A stretch of DNA of 64,000 nucleotides from Blastocystis sp. Blastoise (Eukaryota > Protista > Bigyra: Opalinata), in NCBI GenBank assembly GCA_039096225.1, contig JBBPEB010000013.1, positions 992,001-1,056,000 of the forward strand, in the 5' to 3' direction. This document shows positions 47,925-60,895 of the stretch, piece after piece. Positions within the stretch are counted from its first letter, which is position 1. Every line of letters starts with the position of its first letter. Both the position numbers and the translations under genes were made by a program. The notes beneath the pieces are model-generated. The model saw only the letters and a program-made list of their open reading frames with translations. It was not told the DNA's origin and did no database searches.

Positions 47925-50743
47925 ATGAGCGATATCACTGTATTTAATACTTACTCATATATATATATAATATTTAGTTGCCAGTAAGTGATATTATTTC
48001 AAAACAACTCTATATGATCTGTCAATTGTTGTTAACTCAATCTGAAGTTTCGGATACTGTTGAATTATTAGATATTGCAATCATCTTACCAGATTTCTTA
48101 AGGCGAATAAAAAAATATTCATCAAATGTATTGTTTTATTTCCAAAATAAAAGAATATATTATTATTAAGTATCAATATTTTTATTATAGAAATGTAACA
48201 GTTGTCAGAAACTATGTAATTCTTGCAAATATAAAATATATTCAGATAATTTTTCTTGATTCTTCCTTGTGTACGAAATGTAAGAAAGAGTTTAGGTATA
48301 TTTGTCATTTTAATGATAGTCAATATCCTATTTGTAATAGTCCAATGTTTATTATTGGTGAATTGAATCGTTTTTCTCCTTATCCTTGTCTTCTTCTTTG
48401 GAAATACCTTTTTCGTTTCTTAGAACAAAAAGTATTTTATAATTAATATTAAGTAGTTGTTGATATTGAATGTTATCCTTGGATATATGTTATTTATCTA
48501 CTATAGGCATCTAGTAACGGTGGTTCTATTCGTTTTATTCGTCGTGTTATAAAGAATGATTACAGTCATCGAGAATGGGGTATCTACACATTAGTTCAAT
48601 ATTATCTGAAACGAGTAAGTATAATGTTAATATTTTTAATATTCATTAATTTTATATTTGTATTAATCTATTTGAATAATTCGAATTTTGATTAAATGAA
48701 TTTTTGTGTTATGTTAATATTATTATGTTTATTATTATTATTATTATGTTTATTATTATTATTATTATGTTTATTATTATGTTTATCAATATTATTATAT
48801 ATAGAACGATATAGTTGTTGCTATTGATTCTTTAAATCAGCATTTATTTAGTCGTGGACATTCACATCAATTCTTTTTATATTTAAAAGTATATAAGAAT
48901 TTCTATATTATACTTTATTTCTTCTTTATATATATATATAATTATATCTTAGTGATCAATTTCATTATATATATATATATCTTAGTAATCAATTTCATCA
49001 TTTTTGTTTTTTGTATGTTTTATTCTATTATATATAGGGATTATTATCTTTGACTCTCTCTCAATCGGTTCATGATAAGTATATTGTTTATATATATATA
49101 TTATGTGTTAAATAGTCGAAAGTCTATCTATTTTGCGGATGTATGTCGTAGTTTTTATGCTCAGCCCTTAACCCTTGATGATGCTTGTTCTTATGATTCT
49201 CTACCTCCTTCTCTTTATCTTCATCCTCTATTACTTACTTCCTTTATATATACTCTCTATATCGATGTATCTATCATTCAATTATACTATTCCATATACA
49301 TCTTTATATCTATTCCTTTGTCTTTAAAATAAAATCAATTTATTTCTTTTTGTCTTATAAATCTCATATTTTAAATATTTATAGTTTCTATCTATAATAT
49401 TTATTAATATATCTTTAGAATCCTCAAATCGCTCTTAAAGTTCTGTCTCTATTGATCTCTAAAAAAGACAATTATATACCTGGATTTCCTAATGAATTAT
49501 CCATTTCAGAAGATACGTATACTAAGGAAACACTCATTCAACTCTATTTCTCTATCTATATCAAAGATAAAGAACAAATCTCTAGCTATATTTATGATAT
49601 CATTCATGTATATTCATTTATGATATATTCATTTTTATATCATTATTATTTTTTTTATATTTAATTATTTTTATATTTAATTGTTATTTATTTATTATTT
49701 TTATATTTTATTATTATATATTTAATTATTATTATATTTTATTATTATATATTTAATTATCATATATTTAATTATTATATATTTAATTATTATATTTAAT
49801 TATTATATTTAATTATTATATTTAATTATTATATTTAATTATTATATTTAATTATTATATATTTAATTATTATATACTTAACTATTGACAGTATATTTGT
49901 ATATTACTTCTATCAATTCTGTATACCTATCATTATATATAATATAAAGTGTTTCTGTCATCATAATCCTTTATCCCCACGGGGGTATGCTATTCTCTTA
50001 GCGGAAGTCGATTCAGATCTTCGAGGTAAACAACTTGTTCATATCTTGTCATATCTTTGTGACCGATTCGAATATTTCATGGATCAAGTATATATATATA
50101 TATATATAGATATATATATATATATATTCTATTTATATATCTATAACTTTATTGTATACTAATAATATTATATTAAAGGGATTTGATAATGAAATCCTTC
50201 CTCCTTTAATTCATGTACTTCAATTACTTTTAACAGAACCAAATGGAGAACAATGTATATAATAATAATAATAATATACTTATATTTTTAAATCTTTTAT
50301 TATTATTATTATTATTCCTAACATCTTTTTACAAGCTTCATATTTATATATATATAATTTATTTATATTGTGTACTTTATATTCTATATTATACTTTTAA
50401 TACTTTATTTATTATACTATACTCAATTATATTATATGATTCTAGTTATTCATGAAGAATTCAAAAGACATCAGTGGTGGGGATATTATCTCTATACAGT
50501 ATATTTATCTATATATATATATTCATGTATATTCTTCTTCTTATTTCTTAGGATTATTATCCTTCTACATCTCTCTATAAACAATGTGCTTTATATTTAT
50601 CAAAATATATATCTCCATCATATTATTCAACTCTACACTTCAAAGAAGGACAGGAACAACAGGAAATTATTCTGTGGAAACAATCATTAAAAGAAGACAA
50701 CGATCTATTTCTTTGGGATTATAAATATTATCATGCTTTCTAA
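47925..50743 (+). CDS. Hypothetical multi-exon helical protein, possibly TAF1A/Rrn11-like
   Basis: About 13 GT-AG-bounded exons; N-terminal CxxC pairs; C-terminal IHEEFKRHQWWGYY resembles TAF1A VQEEWNSRKNWWP. The gene is well supported, the identity weakly. Confidence 0.5.
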
Positions 50744-51461
50744 ATAACAAAAATTATTTTTTTTTTTATTTTATATATTATTACAGCTTTTCAAATTTTT
50801 TTTCTCATTTTTATCTTTTCTATTTTTTTTATAATCATTATAATATAGATTTTTTCATCATTTGATTTTTCTTTTCTTTCTTTTCTATTTTCTTCTTCTT
50901 CTATTCATCATCAAAGTTACACAATTTCATTCTTTAAATAAATTTTCTTATTTTTATTTTTATTGATTATCACTATCATTGTTATTATTATATTTTTTTA
51001 CCATAAATTATTTTACTTTCCTTTTTGTTTATTACTATAGTTAATCATTAAATATTTATTTTTATTTCAATTCTATCCTAATTTTTGAGATAGTTTATAA
51101 ATGTTATGTCAAACCATGTCTTATATGTCATTCTACACAATTTGCGTATTTTTATAATATCAGAAACGAAAAAAGAATACAATAATCTACTTCACACTTT
51201 TGAATTAACGATTTTATTATTAAGACATTTTAGTAATCTATTATTATTCATCTTTAAAGCATCTAAGCATTTAAATAATTTTATTTCGATCAATAAAATG
51301 AAACAAAACAATTTAACTTTTCCCCACAATTATAAGACATTTTTTGTTATTTCTTTTTCATTCAATTGTAGGAGTCATTTTAATATAGATTTGATTGTTT
51401 TAACAATCCTCTATATATCCCTTGTTAACAGCCATATATATTATTTAAAAGACACAACAAA

Positions 51462-52753
51462 ATGTTAAGAATTCATTCATGCGTACCCATGATTCAATTG
51501 ATGAACATGAGAATAGCTATGAGAGCCTTCGCTTCTGCTGCAAAAACAACTGAAGTGGTTAACCCTAATTTAGTAAGTCCTTTTGATGCTATAAAGAAAA
51601 TAAAAGAAAAAGCTACAGCTAAGTTTGATGAATCGATTGATATTGCCATGAATCTCAATGTGAATCCAACAAAACAGAATCAAAATATTCGTGGTGTTAT
51701 TATGTTACCTAATGCTGTTCGTGCTCGTCCTAAAATAGCTGTTTTTACTAGCGAGGATCGTGTCAAAGAAGCATTAGATGCTGGTATATATTAATTAAAT
51801 AAATATATTAATTTATTATTTTTAAATTTACATATATATATACTATTTAATATTATTGTTGCTTTAGGTGCTACTATGGCTGGTTTGAATGATATTATTC
51901 AACAAGTTAAAGATGGTAAAATTGATTTCGATATCGCTGTCGCTACTCCCGATGTTATGTCTAAACTAGGACCTATTGCTAAAGTATATATATTATATTA
52001 TTATTATTATATTTATTATATTTATTATATTTATTATATTTATTATATTTATTCTATTTATTATATTTATTATATTTATAATATATATTATATTTATTAT
52101 ATTTATTATATTTATTATATTTATTATATTTATTATATTTATTATATATATTATATTTATAATATATATTATATATATTATATTTATTATATTTATTATA
52201 TTTATTATATATATTATATTTATTATATTTATAGATATTAGGACCTCGTAAGTTGATGCCTAACGCTAAGGTTGGTACTATATCTACAGATATTAAGGCT
52301 ACAATTGCTGTATGGTTTATAGTTATTCTATATAGATTAATATTATTATTATTATTATCTATTTCTATACTATTATAGGATTGTTTAAAAGGACGTGTAG
52401 AAATTAAAGTTGATAAATGCGGTACTGTTCATGCTTGCTTTGCTAAAGTATTATATATCTTCTATATATCATTCATTCATATATTGGTTTCTATTCAATA
52501 TTTATTATTATAGAGAAGTTTTACAGAAGACCAAATTATTGAAAATCTTAAAACATTTTTAGTATGTTATTTATCTATAATATATTATCATATTCACAAT
52601 TATTTATAGATTAAAGTATATTCGTTTAAACCTGAAACTGTAAAGAAATATGTCGATTCTGTATATATATCTGCCACTATGGGTCCTTCCTTTGAATTAG
52701 ATCTCAAATATATTAATCCATCTTCAAAAACATTCTTTAAACAAATCAATTAA
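51462..52753 (+). CDS. MRPL1: Organellar (mitochondrial/MRO) ribosomal protein uL1
   Basis: Arg-rich presequence; AKFDESIDI, NIRGVIMLP, ILGPRKLMPNAKVGT, ISATMGP; five GT-AG introns. Confidence 0.93.
51995..52230. repeat. (TTTATTATA)n 9-bp intronic minisatellite
   Basis: Directly visible in uL1 intron 2. Confidence 0.9.
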
Positions 52754-52954
52754 TTTATTTTTATTTATATTATTTTCATAATGTTATTTGTATTTTCATA
52801 TTGTTCGCTATTATTCAATACTCTTCCATTAATACTACAAACGCAAAACTTTTGTTTTTAAATACAAAGTTACACAAACAAAACAATAAAAGAAAGACCT
52901 GACAAAGTTTAAAGAAAGATTATTCTATTCATAGAATAAAGACGCGAAATTTGT

Positions 52955-53233
52955 TTAATTATTATTCTTAACAAGGTAAATGCCCCAAACAAGACAATAG
53001 ACCCAAGAAGCAAAGATGAAAATACCGGATAAGAATGGTAAGAAAGTTCCACAAATACCAGCAACAATATCAAGAACTAATTGCCAAAGAGCCATCCAAC
53101 CGAAATCACTATTCTTTTCCATACACCAGGCAATTAAAGTACCAAGAATAGGGAAAAAGATATTAACAATAAGAGCAACAAGAGAAGAACTCTTTTGACA
53201 CTTAGGGATTCTCCAGAACATTTCCATACCCAT
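52955..53233 (-). CDS. Small membrane protein, Spec3/Stum-like, intronless
   Basis: LIVNIFFPILGTLIA..LWQLV..SWVYCLVWG resembles the Spec3 pattern LNI..PG.GT...QL...GWIWSI.WG. Confidence 0.6.
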   Translation of the reverse strand: MGMEMFWRIPKCQKSSSLVALIVNIFFPILGTLIAWCMEKNSDFGWMALWQLVLDIVAGICGTFLPFLSGIFIFASWVYCLVWGIYLVKNNN

Positions 53234-54733
53234 TTTCTTTATTAATTTAGTAACAAATGTAAAACAACTATAATAAATAAAAATGACAAAAATTTAAACT
53301 AAAAGATTCAAAATATAAATAGGTCCTCAATTATTGTTGAGATATGTACCTAATTTCTGGTGTTTTTTACTGATGAATTCGTTTCATTAAAACTCCTTTT
53401 TATTTATATGAAATATTCAACTTTTTCTCCTTAATTAACTAATACTATTACGGGAGGTTTCAAGACCATTTAAGAATAAGAGTTGTTTAATAACCTTATT
53501 GGTACATATTTTTTAGTATTTTTCTACAGAATATGTTCAGTTATCTATTTATCCATCTAATTCATCATAAATTGTTGATTCCTTAGAATGACGCAACCAG
53601 TGTTTTTGATGATTCCCCTTTTCATTCTTCGAATAGAAGCTCCTTCTAAAGAACAATTAGTAAAACTCTTAAGAAACTCAAGATAATTGGTTATATTACT
53701 TTGTTTTAATAAAACTAGAATAAACAATAACGACGAATGTATTGACTCTATTCACAAGTTTTATTCTATCTTTTTTATATATTACGAACTCTTTAAAGAG
53801 TCTTTAGATTTTAAACATAATTCCTAATATAGAAGATGACATTTGTAAACGGTAATATATGCTCATGAAAAAATATGGTATTTTTAAATCGATTAGCGGC
53901 ATTCATTTTGATTATTGATTAATTTTTATGTATCTTGGGTTGAAACTTTACTTCATAGAAAATTTTATAGAAATAGATGAATATAAAAATGCCTCTCTTT
54001 GTTAATATTTATATTTTTCTTTTTAAGAATGTTTATATCTTCGTATTCCAGTAATTTGAATGTCAAATAAATTATTCAGCTATGTGTATATTGTTATAGA
54101 ATACCAACGATGATTGTTTATGTATTAATCTAAGTTATTGATCATAAAGAAATGTTTTCACTATGGTACAGTATATCCTAATTCAAATATATCCTCTATT
54201 TTATATCAAAAATAAAAACAAAGAACATAATCAAGATTTCATCTTTTCATCTTTATATTAAAATAGTGGATATTGATTTTCTATTGTGATATATACTATA
54301 TATTGTTTATAAATATCTAGAATAATGTGAGAAGCAATATGTTTTGTAAAAAAAACGCATATTTGTTTTAAAATATTTCTTAAATACCTACATTCACATT
54401 AATTCCCAAAAAATAAAATAAAATTGATTTAATATATATATTTTTTGAAGAATTGTATCTAAAAAACAAAGTCGAAAATTTTAATAAAAAAAATTAACTA
54501 TAAATGATAGTAGTTTTTTTATAAAAGAAAAAAAAATATTTATAGAATTCAACAATATTAACAAAACAATTGTATTTAAAACAAATGAAACGTTTAGAAA
54601 TAAAAATTATTAAAAATGATATAAGAAATAAAGCAAAGCATATTCTATTTTATGAAGACATAAAATAGAATAATTTTTATTACTTTAAAAAGGATTATAT
54701 ATAATGAAAATAAATAAGTATAAATATAAATAT

Positions 54734-57700
54734 TTAAACTCTAACTTTCTTATTATTTTCACTTCCCTTCTTAATACTACTATGTTCTTTCAGTTTATTA
54801 CTACCAGCTTTTCTTGAAGATTTTTTGGTTCTAAAGACAATGCAAGCAACAATGAATACAACAGCAAAAGCAGCAAGAATAGCTAAGATAACAATAACAG
54901 TAATAACAACAGCACCAAGAGAAGTAGATTTGACGACACTAGGAGTTTGAACTAAAACAACTTCAGTTGTATCAGGGAAAATATTTTTATTTAAAGCTTT
55001 TAAGTTATTAGCAATAGTAAGAGCATTAGCATTAAGAGATAAAGCAGTTGTATCAGCACTACCATTATCAGAAGTTACTCTTAAATAACATTGAGCAGCA
55101 GAAACACTTCCTGAAGAAGCATCAGTATATAAGAAAGTTTCAACATTTGAAGAAGAAATACCTAATAAAGTAGATAATACAGTCTTAAGAACAATATCAC
55201 CACCATTATTCATACCTTCTAAAGTAACAGCATTAATCTTAATAATAGTATCAATATAAGCTTTTCCACCAGGAGGACTATTAGCTTTACAATTAGTCAT
55301 ATCAACAGCATTCCAAGAAGGAGTAATAAGAGCATCAGAACAATGTCTACTTTGAAGACCAAAATAATCACTAGGACAATTAGCAGTAACTGTAGTACCA
55401 CTTTGAGCAGTAGGGAAACTACCTTCAGGGAAACAATAAGTAATATGACAAGAGAAGAATTTAATTTCAGATAATTGAGTACGAGAAGCACCACCTTGAG
55501 TAGCAGTAATTTCTAATTTAAAAGTATTATAAGCTTTAGTAGATGAAGTTAACCACCATTCTCTCATTTGTTTACGTTCACTCCAAATAGATAATTGATT
55601 TACTTCTAATAAAGTATCCCAAGTAATCTTATCATTACTACCCTTTAAAGTAAATATACGAGGATCACGTTCAGAATAATCATTACCAGAATATAATTGT
55701 ATCTTATTAATAAAATCTCTTCTATCAAAATTAAATTCTAATTGAGCATAAGCAGGTAAACCATCTTCTAACCATTTAGTATCTGTAGAATCATCAAAAG
55801 CATAATCAACAGATTCAAAAGGCATATTATAAGAACCACTATTTGTAAGTGAATATCCATTAATTCTATTAATACAAGTACCTTGTAAAAGAGTAGCATA
55901 TAAATCAAAATCAAAACTTGTAGTAGAAACATCCTTTCTATGAATTTCAACACAAATATAATTAACACCATTCTTTAATTGATGAGAACCAGCAGAAGTA
56001 CGTCTATATATATAAGCATCATATTTAGCAGTAGCAAGAGTACCAGCATTTACATCACCACTAGCCATATTCATTCTATAAATTTCTTGTCCATTAACAT
56101 ATACAATACAACCTTCAACAAAATATAAAGAAATATCAATAAGAGGATATTTAGTAATATCATCAATAGAGAATGATTGTCTTAAATAAATAGCATTAGA
56201 TACAAAGTTAGGATAAGAACCTTTCTTACCAGTAGACCAACTTCCATCATTAAAATCAGTAGAAGTCCAACCGTTAATAAAAGCAGTACTTACTTTCCAA
56301 GTACTTTCTTTATGTATACTACTTTCAACATTAATAGTAACACTATAAGGAGAAGTCTCAACAACAGGAGCAGTCCATTTTCCTAATAAATTACCATTTT
56401 CTTCATATAAAGCTACATAACTATTAGGAGCCCAACCATCATTATATTGATCAAAAAGATTTAATTCAAAGTTACCATAACTAAGACAAATAGCATAGAA
56501 TCTCTTTTCTTTATCATTTCTAGTACTACCAGTAAATATAGTTTCACCATTTTGAGTAATAGTAAATGTTTCTTGAACATTACCAATATCAGCAACTCTT
56601 TCTATTTTAATTAAAGTCTTACTATCACCACAAGAAATAACATTAACAGAAAAAGAAGCAGGAGAAGAAATACCTCCAGGACCAGTAACAGTAACTTGAT
56701 AATTAAATGTACCATAAGCAGGCCAATAACCATCAATTTGACCTTTATATACATTGAAAACAGCAGTTGAAGGAAGAGCAGGACTAAAAGTAGCTGTCTT
56801 ATAACCTCCAGTAATAGTGAATTTTATAGGATCTACATCTTGTAATCTGTAAGCAGTTCTCGTAGTAGTAGGTCCAGTAATAGTAGGCATACCAAAAGTA
56901 GTTGTAAATATATTTTCATAAACAGCAGGAGAAGCAGTAGAACCACCAGCAACAGTCTTTGTTAAAACAACAGTTAAATCATCTCTATAAAAAGCATAAG
57001 AACAACCTTCAGTAGAAGTACATTCAAAAATATGAGTTAATGTAGCACTAGGATTAAAACAATGTCTATATTCACCAATACTACCAGATTGAGAAGTACC
57101 TACAGTAGCACCTTCTTTGATTTTTATATTACCTGTACCTTTAAGAATTTGAGTATACCAATATCTATCATTATTACAACCATTTACTTTAAGAGTAACA
57201 GTAGTAGTTGCACAACCACCTTGATTACAAGCTTTAAGAGTAAACATAGTAGCTACATTAAGAGCTTCTTGAGGAGTACCTTTAAACCAACCAGAATAAC
57301 TTTCAATATAAATACCACGAGGAGGTTCAGGAGTACAACTCCAAGTATCAATACGACCATTATAATAAGGTCTAAATTCGAAATAAACACCTATAGTAGG
57401 TTCAAAAACAGAAGGAATATCAGCATTATTATATTTATATGTGAAACCATTAGGAGCTTCAAGATAATCGACTTGTAATTCAAAACTGCCTTTATAAGAT
57501 CCATTCATTATAGTATAAGTTTTATAAGCAGTGTCAGCAGTAGCTGTACCAAGAATAGCACCACTAGAAGCATCAAGACTAAGACCAGCAGGAAGAGCAG
57601 GAGAAGAAGGATCTAATGAATAACTACCAGAGGCTGTAGCACCTAACCAAACAGGAGTATTACTAATAATAGGCATACCTCTAAAAGCAATATATTTCTT

Positions 57701-59788
57701 ATTCTTATAAGAAAGAGATGTAGTAGGAACATGGAACCAATTCGTAGTAGGAATAACTTCATAAACATTATTATTAGGTCTCTTCCAACTTATAATAATA
57801 CCATTACCATAAGCTTGTTCGAAATATTTTACCATAACTGGATAATAACCAACTTTAGAAATAGCAACTTGTTTAATAGCAACATCTTCAATACCACCAA
57901 TTCTCCATTGTTCAAGAATAGCTTCATCATTAAAATAGAGACGGAAACCATCATCAGCTTGACCAGCAAATTCCCAAACACCAATTTCATCAAAATAAAT
58001 ATAACCTTCAAAAGTAGCATAAACACGTTGCCACATATCAGAACTAAGACCAGTAGATAAAACACCATCTCCATTAGTATCAGGATAATAAATATTACCT
58101 TCTACACGACGTACACGTAAATCAGTAATAAAATCACTGAAATCTTTATAACTACTAAGATCACCATTATCTTGAATCTTATACCAGGAAGCAATAAGAC
58201 CAGCAGCAGGTTGACTAACTATATTTATAGTAATAGTAGCTTCACAAGAACCCATTTGACCACTCATAGTAACAGTATAAGTACCAGAAATAGGACTAGC
58301 AGTAGCACCTGAAATATTACCCTTTTCATCAATAGTAAGACCAACAGGAAGAGAAGGAGACACAGTGAATGATTGAGCAAGACCACTAGAGAAAACAGGA
58401 CGAGCTACCATAATATTATTACCAGCAATACCAGTAATAGGTTCATATTTTAAGAAAGTAGGAGCACGACCACCAATTCTAGTATTAGATTCAGATAATA
58501 ATTGATAAGAAATAGATAAAGCATCAGATTTGAACCAAACATGAAGTTTAGCACCAAGATTAATATCAAAGTAAGTAATAAAGATTAAATGTTTACCAGC
58601 AGTTAATTGAATATTATTTTCAACAGTACCACCACCACAACCTCTAGTTTGAACAGCTACAGTATTAAAATCATCAATATAAACAGAAGCACCATCATCA
58701 GATTCTACTTTAAAAGTATATTCACCAGTAGATGCAATAACAATATAACCAGTATAATAAGCACCCCAGAAATCACGGAAACGATCATCAAGTCCAGGAA
58801 TAACATGACCACCAGTAGAACTACTCCATTCATCACTGAAATCAATAGATGTATGACGAAGAGATACTTTAGCATCATTAGAATTATAGAATAATCTGCT
58901 TGGATGATTACACATTTGCATAGTAGTATAATAGAATCCAGTTAAGCCACCAAGGGTCATAGTACTTTGATCAACAACTTCAAAAGAGAATGTAGTTGAA
59001 ACAGAACCAAGAGTATTTTGAGCAGTAACAGTATAAGTAGTAGCAACCTTAACAGCACTAGGAGTACCAGAAATAACACCAGTAGCAGGATCAATACTCA
59101 TTCCAGCAGGTAAAGCAGGAGAGATTGAGTAAAGAGAGAAATAAGAATCACTTCTAGGATAATAAGATTCCATAAGAAGACCAGAATAAGCTTTAGCAGT
59201 CTTAAAACCATAAGAAAGATAAGTAGCTTTAGCAGAAACTAGAAGAAGATATATATATAATAATAAGAATAATGTATAAGAAGATATATATAAAATAATA
59301 AGAATATCTTATAAGAATATATATATAAAATAATAAGAATAATGTATAAAAGATATATATATAAAATAATAAGAATAATGTATAAAAGATATATATATAA
59401 TAATAAGAATAATTTATAAGCAGCTTATAAATGAGAAAATAATGAAATAAACACAAAGAAAAGAAAACAATACAAGAGTCTAAAACTAAATCAAATAAAT
59501 ACCAGCAATAGACATCTTGACAGTAACACCTTCAAATCGGATATAACTAGTAATTAAATATTCTTTAGGGTATTGACCTTTAACAGGAGTACCAGAAATT
59601 ACACCATTAACAATAGAGAGACCTTCAGGGAGTGTTGGTTTTGCAAAGAGGACACCACCATCTCCACCAGTACAAGTGACAGTAGGCATAGCAGTACCAG
59701 CAGTTAAGATTAATTCCGATTGACTACAAACGATATCAGCAGCACTTGTTAAAAGTGCAAGAACAGCAATGACAAAGAAAAATTTCAT
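54734..59788 (-). CDS. Type I membrane surface protein: signal peptide, He_PIG repeats, two PA14 domains, galactose-binding and F5/8C-like domains, TM, basic tail
   Basis: MKFFFVIAVLALLTSA; one intron 59239-59502; LPAGMSIDPATGVISGTP-type repeats; SDDG/ADDG PA14 motifs; AFDDSTDTKW..RDPRIFTLKGSND..W; TM AVVITVIVILAILAAFAVVFIVACIVF. Confidence 0.9.
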
Positions 59789-60895
59789 TTTCTCACTTAA
59801 ATTTAAAGTAACCAAATAGAAAATAAAATATGTGAAAAGATCTATTTGAAAATGAAACTGACTGTTCCGAAAAGAGGAAGACCGAGTTCTCCAAAAAAAC
59901 AAAAACACATCTTTAAAGTCAAAAGGGAGATATAATTGGACAGAATAAAAACAGGAACGCATATGTTAGTCACGAAATGACTCAATTGACATTTACCCTG
60001 TAATAGACGGCATTATTCTTGGGAATATCTTTAGTGGCAGGATATCTGAGAAAAGAGACTGTATTCATCGATTCCCCTAAGAATATTGAAAAATAATCGA
60101 GATAAAAAGGTGATTATAACTTCAATCATAACGATTATTCTATGGAGATTTTGGGATACAAATGACACACAAGTCAGTTCTTGACCAATCATATCGCTCG
60201 TAAATGAAGCACAAAACACAATGGCTTGGAATGAGATTGAGATTCAATTGAGATTATTAATGTCTGAGGATTATCCAATAAAAATGAGATCCAAAAACAC
60301 CTCAATACTCAGTGAAGATTAGATTCTGGAATTCTTGGATTGTTTTCTATCTATTCGAATAACGTTTTACTTTTGATCTGAATAATTGATATCTATTGAT
60401 GTTTCCGTTTTTGTTGATACATCTTTTTCGTCTTTAAAGAGAATTAAAAGAGTGTTTTTTTATGTGAACGATCTACTTTTGGGTTGTTCCCTATAGATTC
60501 TATTGTCTATAGCTATTCAGAGAATATGTAATAATCATATAAATGAAATGTTTTATTGAAAAAAAGAATAACAAAATTGAATTCAAATTTTCAGCAATAT
60601 ATTGTTCATTTTAATAAGTTATTTTTAATGTTGCATTATCATAATTCTCTAAATAATAAAAAAAAAAATAAATGATATTCATTATTTTTATACGAAATAC
60701 ATCTTTGATTTCAAAATATGAGGGATCAACACGATATTTCTATGTTGAATTTTATTATAACATCATGATAGAATAATGAGAACTAAACTAGATACAAGAA
60801 AGAACTAAATTGAAAGAAAAAAACTAGATAGTCATATAGAAAAGATAGAGAGAGATAATTTACAATAAATAAATAATATATAAAATAATATAATT

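Noticed and set aside
57062-58894. Plus-strand ORFs inside the surface-protein gene
   Set aside because: Antisense shadows caused by biased codon usage.
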